Assembly: GCA_964016885.1 (NCBI GenBank)
Contig: CAXHJY010000912.1
Span: 62,001-126,000, forward strand
Source of the DNA: Eledone cirrhosa
Taxonomy: Eukaryota
DNA: 64,000 nucleotides
Direction: 5' to 3'
Below the pieces are notes generated by a model. That model did not search any database. It was not told the origin of the DNA and saw nothing but the letters and a program-made list of their open reading frames with translations. Below are positions 25,298-38,386 of the stretch, piece after piece (the stretch's first letter is position 1; each line of letters begins with the position of its first letter). Both the position numbers and the translations under genes were made by a program.

Positions 25298-27038
25298 CAA
25301 ACTGCAGATGATTAATGGCTGTAAAGAAGTTGGGAAGGAAAAATATAACTATCTTTGATAACAATGAGGAGTGGGAATGAATACAGAAAATAAAGCATGA
25401 ATCATAAGTTAGCATAGCATATCATAGAGTATCGTATCATATCATATGATATCGTATGACATCACACCACACCAGAGCATATCTTATAATGGTATTGTAT
25501 CAATTATTAAGATGGGCAGAAAAACTAGAAATCTACACTAGATGCTTATAGCATTTAGCCTTCCCCTGCTTTGTTCTGATATCAAATCTGATTAGAATCG
25601 ACTTCACCATTCCTTCCACTGCCATGTCATTTAATAAGTACCAGTAATTAATTCAGGGCAAAATTTAATTGCTTATATCACTTTTCTTTTTAAAATGTGT
25701 GACCTTTGTGTTCAAATTCAGAAGGGAAAAAAGGTTTTCTAATTTTGGCACAAGGGCAGTGATGGGGTAAAACAATTGAATTGACTCCAGTACTTATTTG
25801 AGTGGTTTTCTTTAGCAAACCCAGACAATAATAGCTGTAACTGTATGCTGCAAAGCATCTCCGATGCTCTACCAATCCACTTGTTTCTAAAAATAATAAT
25901 AATAATAATATACAATAAATATATAAAATATAATAATATACAATCAATCAAGAGAACCTCAAGAACTAGAAATTTTGAGATTTCAAAGTAAGAAATCTGC
26001 ACAAGTACTCATAGTTATTTCCATTATGTAAATTTAAATAAACCATATTATTGAGAGAGTAAAGAACACAAGATTGAAATTATGCCATATTTACCATGGC
26101 AGTAACCCAAGACAAGCATTTATATATGCACGTGTATATATTGAGTTTATGTAGAGAAAGAAATAGATAGATAGATGAATATATAGAAAAATAAAGACAT
26201 ACAGGTATATAAAAAAAATAGAAATATAGAGAAAAGATAGTGAATAATTAAAATCCTGTTGAAATTCTGTAATTTTCTTAAACTGTGCAATGTTGGAATT
26301 GCTACAAGGATTCTTAATCATTAATACACCAGAATTTGAATACTAAAAATGTTAAAACAAAATCATAAGATAAGGAAAACCTTTTAAAAATTGTACTTGA
26401 TATTTAGAAAATATACTAAAAGTGTTCTGCATGGTTAGAAGCAACGTACATACACAATGAAAAATGGCAAAGATTTTCAAACTGATAAGTATAATTGCAT
26501 TGCTTTGGCCTCCTTAGAGCAGGAAGATAAATAAATTGTGGTTGAAGAAAAGATTGCATTAAAAGACCAAAAACCATAACAATAAAAAGAAGAGAATAGA
26601 ATAAAACTTAAAACAAATTAGCATAATAGATAAGCCACTAATTAGTGGCAATTAAAAAATTACAGAAAGAACTCACAGTGATGTAGAAAATTAATGAAAA
26701 ACTAGTCTGATAGTGTTCATTCAATCTATTTTCCCCATAATCTACTTAATGGAATTTAATTTGCAATTCATCTGGAAAAAAATAAGCTGAGTTACTTGCC
26801 CTTTGAAAGAGATAAATATAAAAGAGAATAGGCATAGGGTGGTATATAATCTGTTTAGCACTAAGGAGGGTGCTGCTGTACATATTTTATTTACAAGTGA
26901 CTATTGTAGAGATTAATTGAATAAAAGCATGTTTGATTCACATAATATCTGACAAGAAAACTCTATTATATTATTAGGTGGATATAAAATAATGATGTAT
27001 CATATAATATGCCTCTTTACAAGTTGCTTCTCCTACCA

Positions 27039-27069
<31 letters not shown>

Positions 27070-27388
27070 CAGAGAGAGAGAGAGTGTAGAAACCCAACCC
27101 AATTGTGACTACTGGATAAGATGTCTTTTAGCTCAATAGGGGATAACAGTAACCAAAGCCACAACTATCCCATTATTGTTATATAAGGAGACTAACAAAG
27201 GAGATAGTTATGTATAAAATATATGAAAGTATGAAGTATTATTGTAACAGATCATTGATACAGTTGTATTACATTTAATACGTCTCACAGTTTACCCTCA
27301 TTTGGCAAGTAATTATGTGATCTCGGATCATGTGTTAAGACAAGAACAATTGCCTCATCGTAATCCATGTATCCGTTAAAAGCACAAC

Positions 27389-27492
27389 TACAAGGGTTGG
27401 CTGAAAAGTTCATAGGCTCGCTATGAAGGAATGATGATAGAGCTTTGAAATCTTGCATGCATTAATTCCAACTCTTCTTATTAATAATTACC
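27389..27492. mobile_element. Partial mariner MITE (family of 11476-11676)
   Basis: tacaagggttggctgaaaagttcataggct terminus plus subterminal match. Confidence 0.75.
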
Positions 27493-27494
27493 GC

Positions 27495-28150
27495 AGGGTT
27501 TAAGGGTCAATGCTGTTGATGATAAGAAATGTTCGAGAAGATTGTGAGGGCTTGGATAGAGAATGTGAGCAAAGACTGTATGCCTTCCAAGAAGACTACA
27601 CTATCTCAAAAGGCCAAGACGAACCAAGAATGGTTGAAGTACAATCTCCATGATCACATTACCCCAAACATATATCCTCCTAGCTATCCAGACCTGAATC
27701 CATTAGGCCACTACTGTACATACTCAAATATAAGCGCCCCTCCATATTTCATGTCTGAAAAATCCAAACCCTGTTTATAAACTGAGGCAGCTGATCAAAG
27801 CATTGTTTAGATGGCGTATATAAGCCAACCTCTCATTTTACGATCAATTTTTTTAGTCCCATATTCCTCAGCTTATTTTAGAGTATATACAGTAAATATG
27901 GGGTGTTGTTGAAAGGGAAGTCAAACAATACCCCCATAACACAATAAAATCTCTGAAGTCTACCATAACCGGCACAATGTCCAAAATAGATGAAGATCCT
28001 CTGATTCAGGCGTGTCAGACCTCGTATTGAAGCAGTCATCAATGCTAACAGTGGATTCATTGAGTAGATATGTCAAGAAGAGTATCAAGATTATTCATAG
28101 CATCCTTTCTTCTCAAATAAAGCTCTTCTTTTGTGACTTATGTGTGTTTG
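27495..28150 (+). pseudogene. Decayed Tc1/mariner-superfamily transposase C-terminus
   Basis: AKTNQEWL...YPPSYPDLNPL (WPPxSPDLNPLD-like), resuming as WGVVEREVKQYPHN after the MITE insertion. Confidence 0.75.
27712..27894. mobile_element. Tc1/pogo-type MITE inserted in the transposase fragment, TA target duplication
   Basis: TA-ctgtacatactcaaatataagc ... gcttattttagagtatatacag-TA; similar ends near 31935 and 32801. Confidence 0.8.
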
Positions 28151-28222
28151 ACTAAATTCATACAAAGAACTGTAGCAATCCTGTATATAAGTTTGTATAT
28201 ATATATATACATATATATATAT

Positions 28223-29019
28223 AGTAATCCCCCTGGAGTATCTAACTGTAATCTTAGCTCTCTGCAGCGATCAAACTTTTTTCTTCATAATTTTATATAC
28301 ATGTCCTCTGTTTCAGGTCGTCAAGCAATGAGCACAGAGCAACGAACAAACTTGAAGTTTCTGGCACAGTTGGGGAAAACTCCATCAGAAGCACTGGGAT
28401 TGCTGCAGCAAGTATATGGAGATGAGACGATGTCACGCTCACGTGTTTTTGAGTGGTGCAAGAGGTTTAAAGAAGGACACGAGGACGTGGAAGATGACCC
28501 CAGGAGCGGAAGGCCCTCAACAACCAGGACTGAGGTCAATGTTGAGCGCGTCAGGCAGATGGTGCGTAGCGATCGTCGGCTGACTGTTCGACTGATGGCA
28601 AATGAGCTGGGCATGAATCGGGACAGCGACTGGAATATTCTCACTGAAGATTTGGACATGCGGAAAGTCTGCGCGAAGATGGTGCCAAAACTGCTGAACA
28701 ATGACCAGAAGGGTCGACGCATGCAAGTGCACCAGACTTGCTAGGGACAGTCATCACTGGTGATGAGTCATGGATCTTCGAGTACGATCCGGAGGGGACC
28801 CGTTTTGAAGACATGGACGACATCAAAAAGGCTGTGACGACGGAACTGCGGAGGATCCCGGAAGAATCCTTCCAGGAGTGCATGCAAGCATGGCAGAAAA
28901 GGATAGAAAAGTGCATTACACTCCAGGGGGATTACTTTGAAGGAGAAAACTCAGTGTGAAGTTTGGGTTTGAAATAAATCTTTTGTGACATCAGTCCTGG
29001 AACTTTTCTGACACACCTC

Positions 29020-29022
<3 letters not shown>
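28223..29022 (+). mobile_element. Internally deleted mariner transposon
   Basis: HTH region QRTNLKFL..LGKTPSEA...VFEWCKRFKEG...DDPRSGRPST...RKVCAKMVPKLL, frameshift, ITGDESWIFEYDPE fused to the C-terminal GTRFED...KCITLQGDYFE; right TIR ends ctgacacacctcgTA. Confidence 0.92.
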
Positions 29023-29067
<45 letters not shown>

Positions 29068-29119
29068 AAATAAAATAAAATAAATAAGTCAAATGTTTAA
29101 AATTTGGCTTCGTTTATTA

Positions 29120-29172
29120 CTGCTATATATATTTCGGTGACAGCCATCTTTAGCTGTGACCTCTTCAGGCAG
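29120..29172 (-). ncRNA. Minimal type I hammerhead ribozyme, intact core
   Basis: ctgc CTGAAGA ggtcacagc-taaagatg-gctgtcacc GAAA tatata TA gcag; canonical G10.1-C11.1; palindromic stem III. Confidence 0.85.
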
Positions 29173-29312
29173 TTCGAATTAGTGTGGTAGAGACGAGTAC
29201 ACATGTTGTTGAGGTGTATAACTTTGTCAATACTCTGATATGCATATCAGAGTATTGACAAAGTTATACACCTCAACAACATGTGTACTCGTCTCTCCCA
29301 CACTAATTCGAA

Positions 29313-29365
29313 CTGCCTGAAGAGGTCACAGCCAAAGATGGCTGTCACTGAATTATATATAGCAG
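29313..29365 (+). ncRNA. Hammerhead copy with mutated core
   Basis: Mirror copy reads ctGAAT instead of ccGAAA. Confidence 0.7.
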
Positions 29366-29527
29366 TAATAAACGAAGCCAAATTTTAGACATTTGACTTA
29401 TTTATTTTATTTTATATTACTCCGGAGTAACCAAACCAACCTGCGCACTTCGTCGAGTGCTCCAATCTGCATACTGAGGTGTTGGTATACAACCAACATA
29501 TACTCAAAATTTATGTGTATGTATGTG

Positions 29528-29566
<39 letters not shown>

Positions 29567-30740
29567 TGTGTCGTGTGTGTGTGTGTACCCACACACATAC
29601 ACAAAGAAAGAGAGGAGTGAGAGATAAAAATATTTTTTTGCATTGAATAAATCAGGTATTGTCCAAACTCTGAATTGATCAAAGAATGATGTACTCTGCT
29701 GTCCTATATTGAAATATTATTAAATAAATGAAAAATTATAAGATATTGAGTGATGCCATTCTTTGCAATGAATATTAAAACTGCTACAATTTCCAAGAAA
29801 CCTATTTTCATCTACTCATTTATTTTGTTCTTCCTTCTTTACTTCTCTTCTTCTTTACCATCTTTCTGTAGAAGATTTGTGAATGAGTATAGTGACCTAG
29901 TTATATATAAATATAAGAAGATATTCTTATATTTATTACTTTCCTCGTTGCCCATAAAATATTCATAATTTTACAGCAGCAACTCCTCTCTATTAATAGG
30001 TTCCACATCTCACCTCACAGACACAGAACTGCAAATAGTTTAAGTATGCAATAAAAGTAAATTTAGAGTCGAATGCTTTTTGTGTTTTAAATTAACAATA
30101 AGCAAAATGCACTTGTCATTTGTCCAGTTCTTGGCCAATATTTCACTGATGATAATAAGCTAAACATTTTCAAATATTTTAAATGTTTTATAGTTCTCAG
30201 CAACTGTTTATTAACCCCTTAAGTATGGACATACATACTATACTACATATTCTTAAGTGATTGAAAAGATAATATTATTGCTCTTATTTATTATTATGTA
30301 CATTAACAAGAACGAAAGAAAAAAAATTAAATTGCTACTAAAGTGTTGTCCACCTTTAAAACTATATATATACATATGATACACATACATACATATATAC
30401 ACACATATATATATACACATATACATATATATATATACACATACATACATATAGATACATACACACATATATATATATACACACATATATATATATACAC
30501 ATATACATAAATATATACACACATATATACATACATACATGTATCATCATCATCATCATTGCCATCACTTCTACGTCAACTTTTCCATACCGACATAGGT
30601 TGGGTGGGACATTTTAAGGCAATGTTTTACAGCCAGATGCCTTTCCTGACACTAACCCTTTTAGATGCTTCTTACGACATGCAGGGAAACAATGTTACTA
30701 CACTAAACCAGTTGTGTGTGTGTGTATGTGTGTGTATGTG

Positions 30741-30798
<58 letters not shown>

Positions 30799-30801
<3 letters not shown>

Positions 30802-31138
30802 AGGCACATGGCTTAGTGGTTAGAGCATTGGCCTTGCAATCGAAAGGTTGTGAGTTCAATTCTCAGACTTGGTGATGTGTTGTTTCCTTGAGCAAGACAC
30901 TTTATTTCACATTGCTCCAGTTTACTCAGCTGTAGAAATGAGATGATAGGGACTGGGGTCCATATCATTCCACTGCAAAGTGTTCGTAGAGGTGCCACGG
31001 CAAAAAAAGCACCCAGCACTCACTGTAAATGAGGTTGGTGTTAGGAAGGGCATCCAGCTGTAGAAATCAAGCCAAAATCAGTTTCCGTCCCACCCTTGCA
31101 AGCAGGGAAAAAGCGGACGTAAAATGAAATGATGATGA
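30799..31138 (+). mobile_element. tRNA-derived SINE family B with RTE-like 3' tail
   Basis: tggcttagtggttagagc...gagttcaattc head, tccttgagcaagacac, gttaggaagggcatccagctgtagaaa, tail gcggacgtaaaatga(tga)n; similar heads at 33815, 49288, 63130. Confidence 0.8.
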
Positions 31139-31440
31139 TATATATATACGTGTGTGTGTGTATGCATATATACATGTGCGTGTGTACACATCTACATATA
31201 TATAAAATGGCTGTTTATAAGAATTAAAAAGCTGATGCCAGTCTTAATACCAATCATGCATTCTGAAAAATATTACCCAAAGGTATCAGCCATTAATCTT
31301 GTCCTACAAAGAGTCCAAAATTACCACATTAATGCAGCACTGATAAACTAACTATAGCATATTTTACTAGATTCGCAGAAGATTGAATGCACTAGACGAC
31401 ACAATAATCCTCCTTGCTTTCATGTTATGCTTAGATATGT

Positions 31441-31679
31441 TTAACCATTTTCAAACCAACCTGCCCAAAACTGCATGTTTCTATAAAGCAAAACCACCCA
31501 TTTTAAAAGGTTTCTAATTAAATTTAAACCTCCAAACATAATTTTATATAAAAACAACTTTGTTATGTCACAAATACCATCTTAATGAAATTATAATTTT
31601 AGTAAATCCTTCCCAAATTCTTTATTAAATAATTAAAATGCATAATATTCCAATAGAAATATGGTAACAAAAGGTTTAA
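31441..31679. mobile_element. piggyBac-type MITE family 2 (TTAA ends)
   Basis: ttaaccatttt ... aaatatggtaacaaaaggtttaa; relatives at 17711, 57764, 59239, 59984. Confidence 0.55.
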
Positions 31680-34600
31680 GATAGGAAATTTTGTTTTTAG
31701 GCCAGTTTTAAGTATGCTAGCCATTCAAAGTTGATTTAAAAAAAAAAAGTACTTGTATAGTACTGGGGTAGATTCTTCCTCTACATCTCTTACTCACTTC
31801 CATCCTTTGACTTTCTATCCTTCTATGTAAGAAATCTTCTGCTGTTTAAAAAATGTTCTAGAAATGCTGTATGTCTATGTGGTGCCCCTTTGACTCCCTC
31901 AGGAGTTACGGGTCCAGACATATATGAGCAAGTACTTTATATACTCAGATATAAGCTGAGAAAAATCAATGGTAAAATATGGACTGGAGTGTGTGTGTGT
32001 GTGGGGGGGGGGGTCCCCCGCCCTATATTTAAGGTCAATATTTTGCCGGTTTTCACCAACTTCAAATTCTATGTAAACAGGATGTTAAAATATCTGGAGT
32101 GATTATTTTACAATGAACCATTGTCTTTATACACTTACATTGTCATTGGTGTTATCTATGCATTCCTTTGAAAATATTTCCGACAAATATTTATAATTTG
32201 TACTTTTTAATACATAAGTATTCCATAAACACACGAACAAACATGCAAAGCAGACATATGTGTACACATACATACAGACTTAATAGTACTTTTTCTTTCC
32301 ATCTTAGGTAATATTGAAATCTGATTTTATTTTATTGTTCTCACTCTCTCTCCTTTCTCACTCTTGCCTTCTCTTTTACTCACTCTACTTCTCCTCTCTC
32401 TCACATGCTGTCTCTCCTTCCTTCACTATGAATCCCTATAGAAAGTTCTCTTGTTCAATCTCTTGCTTTCAAAGTACTCCCAGCATGTGAGTGGCCGGAA
32501 ATATACAAAAATTTCAGAAACTTGTTGAAATTTAACGTAATGGAAATGCATTACATAATGGAGTGATGAAATAAAAATTATACTCTAAACAACACTTAAA
32601 ATATTTTAAACATCAAAATGTGAAAAACTTCATAAATATATTTCATACTGATGAAAATTTCAAAACCACATCTTCTAAACATAATATGTTCATTAGCTGC
32701 CTCAGTTTAAAAAACGGGATTTGGATTTTTACAAATAGGGGGTTGGCTTATATTCAGATCAGCTTATATTCGGATCAGGTTATATTCAAGAACACATGGT
32801 AAGTCTTATGTAAGGGTTATTATTAGGTCAACATGGTTTCTAGTTTTACCTGACTGTATGTCAGCTTGTGTAAGAGACTACTACAGCTTCACACTGACTG
32901 ATACTCTAACAATCTCATAAGTCCATCATTCTGGATTGGTACTCTGTTTATTAACCCTGAAACAATGACAAGCTAAGTTGACCATGATGTGATTTGAAGT
33001 CAAAGAAGAGAGCCAGAACAAATACAAGGAATTTAACCTGCTGCTCTAACAACTTCTGTTAGTAGTTGTTTATGCTGTTAAAGCTCATACTTATTACATA
33101 GCTTTATCTGGCCTCCAATGAAATTGTGTGTCTCATAGGCAGTTTCTAAGGTGTTTTAATCATACGAAGACCACAGTCCTTTCTATCATAAAAGGACCAG
33201 TGTTGAATGTTTAAATCACATCACAAACACCAGTGCTCTATAGACAAGGTGCCTGTGTATACTCCATTGGAAATATAATTCCTTCCCGCTAAATGGTGGG
33301 AGGAAAAAAAGAAGCACGGAGCTGTAGAAATAATAGTTTTTAGAACAGTTGGAAAACATCCAGATTCATAACCTTGACTGAATTCCACCCACACAGAGAG
33401 AGAAAAAAAACATACGGAAGAAGAGGAATATCTAGTGTAATAATTACAATATAATAGCAAATTATTAATGATTTATGGTAAAACTAGAACTAGTGATAAT
33501 GTACATACAACATAGATTTGGTGTCTAAATACTTCAATAGTCAGCCAGTGTAAAAGTGTACTGGCTACTTGAGATCAAGGTTAGATGGATGATTTTTGAG
33601 ACAACAATTAATTCTGAAACAACATCTATGATTGCCTTAATTAGGAAATATTGGCAGAGTTCAGGAGAGAAAGTATCACATCAAAAGTGAATAAGATTCA
33701 ATGTTAGTTAGTTAGTTAATGAATCAAAGACAGTACTTAACGTGAAGTATAGCAACTTATATAATAAACCTCATGGCAGAGAGGAAGTGGTAAACTTTTC
33801 CTTGTATGGCAGGTATGGCTGTGTGATTAAGGAGTGCACTTCGCTATCACATAGTTTCGGGTTCACACACACTGTATGGTACCTTGAGTAATCTCAATCA
33901 TTACTTAATGAATGAAATTTGGTAGGTAGAAACTGATTATATATCACTCACACACACACATATAATCATCATTGTGTGTGCATGCTTGCACAACCATGCA
34001 AGCATGGAAAAATATATGAAATTGTGCGTGCGTGTACCCATACATATATATTATATCTCATAACTCGGCAGTTCAACACAAAGAGTTCGATAAGTACGAG
34101 ACATGATAAAATATGTACTATGATCAATATGATCATCTAAATTACTCACAAGGTATTGGTCAACCCAAAGCTATGGTAGGAGCATTTGCTCAAGATGTCA
34201 CATAGTGAGACTGAACCCCAAACCATTCAGTTTCTATACAAAGTCAAACTAAACAGCCATATCTGCACATGTTATGTATGAAAAAATATAATGCTCCTCT
34301 TTGCTCCAAAGCTTCATAGAAAACTCATATAGCAACCCATTCATTCAGACATTTGCTTTTATCACAGATTTTCTTTAGGCGTAGAGTTAAATATTTCAAT
34401 CCCAAAAAGGCTATTTTACAAACTACTACTACTAATACTACTAGTAGTACTACCACCACTACTGCTACTACTATTGAATTTGCCTGCATATAGAGAACTT
34501 GTTTGTTTACTTAATATATGCATGTGTATATTTTACTTTTAAAATACAGATATCATAATGTAAGATATTTAAATGATGCAATTTATTTAAGGAATGTTAC

Positions 34601-35915
34601 TTGCTTTGGCTTGGGAAAAAAAAAAGAACTTTTTCGTTCTTGCATTGTAAAGGCTAGAAATTCTTCTAACTTACCAAACACTAATAGAAATTACATCTCT
34701 TAATACGAACTCTCTTAAAAAACAACCAGTTTATTGCTTTTAAAGAATGCAAACAGGAGAGAAAGCACAATAAATTTTATTGAAATATATACAGGGGCAT
34801 ATCTACATGGCTTGCAGAATCTACGAAATATAGCAGAAATATATTAAGAAGGACAATAATAATGAATAAAATGGAAATAAAAATGTAAATATCTAAACCT
34901 GATGGATTGCTATATTATATATAGGATGGAGTTTAAAAACAAAAATAGGATTGGGGTATTGAATTTCATAAAAGAATTATTGTTAAAATGTAGATAAATT
35001 TTATACAGTTCTAGTTTGACACATTGCTTTACAGACCAGAATCAATTAATTTTATAATATTAAATAAATAAATTTTTTGAGGAGGAAAAAATAAAGAAAA
35101 ATTGGAAAAGACTTCAACAATAACACATTATCAAAAGTCCATAATAATTTTGTCAAATTAAGATATTCCACTGGCTTTGTTAGGATGTGAATTTAACAAA
35201 CGAGGGTGTGTATTAAAAAGAAAAATATGAATGTCAGTGTATTATACAAGTGTGAGCGCATGTATACACACATGAATATGCACACAAGTTATACTCTCTT
35301 TTTAAATTTGTGACAAATAAAGGATTCCTATTGGCTACACAGAAAGAAGAAAAAACAACAACAAAAAGTTATGATCATATGATTTACATAATGTAATATT
35401 TCAAAAATGGTAAAATTTGAATTTTTCCAAGTAAAATGAAAATAAACAAATAAATAATAAAACGTCTTTATTCCGCAGGGTGTGTGTGTTTTTTGTTGAT
35501 TTTTTTACTTTTTCTTTCATCCTTCTCCTTTTGTTCATTCTTTGATTATTTTCTTTTCCAGAGAATACAAAATGAGTATTGTATAAAAGAACAAATTTAT
35601 TGAAGTATGAATCAGATGGAATGAAAACAAACTGAAGAAAGCAAGCAAAGAATGGCACTAGGTGAGAAAGACAATTAGAGGAGACAAGCCTGAGGAATGC
35701 TGTTGACAATGATGATGATAATGATGATGATGATGGTGATGGTGGTGATGACGCTGGTGATTTGACAATGACGATGATAGTAATGGTAATGGTGGTGGTG
35801 GTGATAATGTCAGTGTAATGTTGACAATGTTAGTGGTGGAGTTGGGGATGATAATGATAAAAATAATGGTGATAATGATGATGATATTAACACTGATAAT
35901 ATCAATAGCTACAAC

Positions 35916-35964
<49 letters not shown>

Positions 35965-37538
35965 CAGGTGTTTTATTAATTGGAGGAGGGGATTGAAAAG
36001 ACAGCAAAAGAAAAAAAGATAGAAAAATAAATATAAAAGGAAAAAAATGCTTCAAAATAGCACTTTTCTTATATCATTTCACTCAGTAATGTTAGCCACA
36101 AGATATACCTGTAGTTACCTACTCGCTATTCAGACTTTTCTATTTATTTATTTATTTATTATTATTATTTGTTCTTAAGTACGAAACAATTCAATTTCAG
36201 TGAAAACACAGTTAGCAAGTCAATATTACCTTAAGACATTTTCATCAATGAAAAAATAAAAATAAAATAAATATTAAAATAAAAAAATAAAGAGATAAAA
36301 CATAAAATTTAAAAAAGGTAAAAAAAAAATATAAATTAATAAAAATGAAAATATAATAATACACACACACACACACACACACACACATATGTATATAAAA
36401 TAACGGTTCTGTATTAAAGAACTCATACATGTTAAATCAAGAAATTACAGAATTCAGATTCCAGGGACCTCTCCCTCCCAAAGACACACCAAACCAATCT
36501 ATAATTCAAGGCCTATTATTCATTAGAAGCCAAACGAAGGATAGAATACACCGATCAAGTATATGGCTTCTTCAAAGCAAGTCACCGTTATTTGAATTGA
36601 GTGTATAACAGGAAACTTTATCTTCAACCTGCGGCTCCAATAAATAAATAAATAAACAACTACAACCCTACCTCTCTCCCTAATATAATTGTAAGCAAGG
36701 TTGGAGGTTTTTTTCTGATCACTATCACTATCCCACACCACCTTTATTTATTTTTGGTTTTATTATTTTTTTTTTGGTTTTTGCCATCTTTAACTAAATG
36801 AAGTTTTAAAATTTTTGTTGAGCTCAAGGAGTTCTCAAATTAGAAAGTTAAGCACTTCAAGAAGTGAAAATATTGAGAAGTTCATGATGACTAGCTTCGT
36901 TAAGTTAACAAGAGGGAAGGGAAGGGAGAGGGGGAGGGGGCTTGGTGGTTGTGGTGATGGGGGGGGGGGGGGGGATCAGTCATCAAGCTCTAATAATATC
37001 TTATAGTAACTAGATTTGATTGGTGAACTGAGTTTTATAATGATATTCATCCATCCAATAACTATAGGCCCTGAAATCCTGATTGATGGAGTTGTCAGAG
37101 AATTCAAAATCTGACAGAGTCCATCTCCTGCTAGGTTTAAGCATAGCCAATTACTTCCAGAGAAGATGAAGGAGAGAATGTTTGAAAGAAAGAGATAGGA
37201 AGTACAAGACTGGTACTTTATCATCCTCGAAAGGATGAAAGGCAAAGTTTACCTCAACAAGATTTGAACTAAGATCACAGGAACTTCAGCATTCAATGAC
37301 ACTGCCAATTCTCTGTCTCTATATTGGCATAGAATACAAGATAAAATGCTTACTAATTTATATAGTCATATATAAACCATATACACGTCACCTTTTCCCC
37401 ACAAAAATAGCACAGAGGGGAGGGGAGGGCAGTATGTGTCTTATCTACTAAACTTAATGAATCCTCAATTCAAAATATATGGTATATACATTTTAAATGC
37501 TGCATGTAGGATGGATGATGTGGTGTGTGTGTGTGTAA

Positions 37539-37706
37539 AGAGTCAGGACCCCGACGGCTGAGCTCCGGTTGTTCGGATCTAGCTGCTGAAACGACCGGAG
37601 CTCAGCCGTCTGGGCCCTGACTCTGTTCCTATTACTCACTACACTACCCTAAGTATTGAGTACTTTGGTGCATTATGGTCCACCTGGTATCTTACCACAC
37701 CCTCCT
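37539..37706 (+). mobile_element. GC-rich 35-bp-arm hairpin plus 80-nt tail between TG and TA runs
   Basis: agagtcaggaccccgacggctgagctccggttgttc / gaaacgaccggagctcagccgtctgggccctgactct, about 3 mismatches. Confidence 0.65.
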
Positions 37707-37728
37707 TTATATATATATGTGTGTGTGT

Positions 37729-38093
37729 TATTAAAAACCAAGAGATAGCTCTAGGTTTCCATACTTAAATTTATTATATTATATAACATCCATAATGTAC
37801 ATTTCATTGTTATTATGACTTATTATGTAATGGTTTACACAAGCCTAATATGTCATCATCAGGCAGATGTAAATAATGTCTATGGTATGTGAATTTACAT
37901 TTATCTTATGATGATGCATTAGACTTGTGTAACCATTAGGTAATAATGGTCTAATATCTCTGAAATGTGCATTAAGGATGTTATATAATATAAATATACT
38001 GAAGTATGGAAACATAGAACTGTCACTTCATTTTTAAATACAACAATACTCCATCAGATACCATACACATAATACCAATTCTTGCAAAATACA
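37729..38093 (+). mobile_element. Old fold-back element with decayed hammerhead motifs and tail
   Basis: 37729-37874 is an imperfect inverted copy of 37893-38040; minus arm reads acatctgc CTGATGA...GAAA tgtaca tt atggatgt. Confidence 0.7.
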
Positions 38094-38337
38094 TGGCAGA
38101 TTCATTGTAAATGTATGTAGAGTGAAAATGCAACTTATCTACTGGTATGACATATATACAGTAGTTATCACGAAATGCTTTCATTTACACAGGAAAACTT
38201 TGTAAACTTTAAAAAATTAACCTTATATTTATTAATAAGAGATAATTATCTTAGATGCTAATGTGTTCACATGTATTCAAACTTAGATTTTTAAAAAAAT
38301 TAAATAAAAAAGAAATCACATTTAAGAAATTGGAAGA

Positions 38338-38386
<49 letters not shown>

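Larger units (their letters stand above)
29059..29512 (+). mobile_element. Fold-back PLE-type non-autonomous insertion: about 175-bp palindromic arms each holding a hammerhead, plus about 95-nt tail
   Basis: Spacerless palindrome centred at 29242/29243 with about 5 mismatches; TA array on the left, TG array on the right. Confidence 0.85.

Noticed and set aside
30799-30875. tRNA gene
   Set aside because: Has A and B boxes but no complete cloverleaf and continues into a SINE body; the same applies to the other SINE heads.
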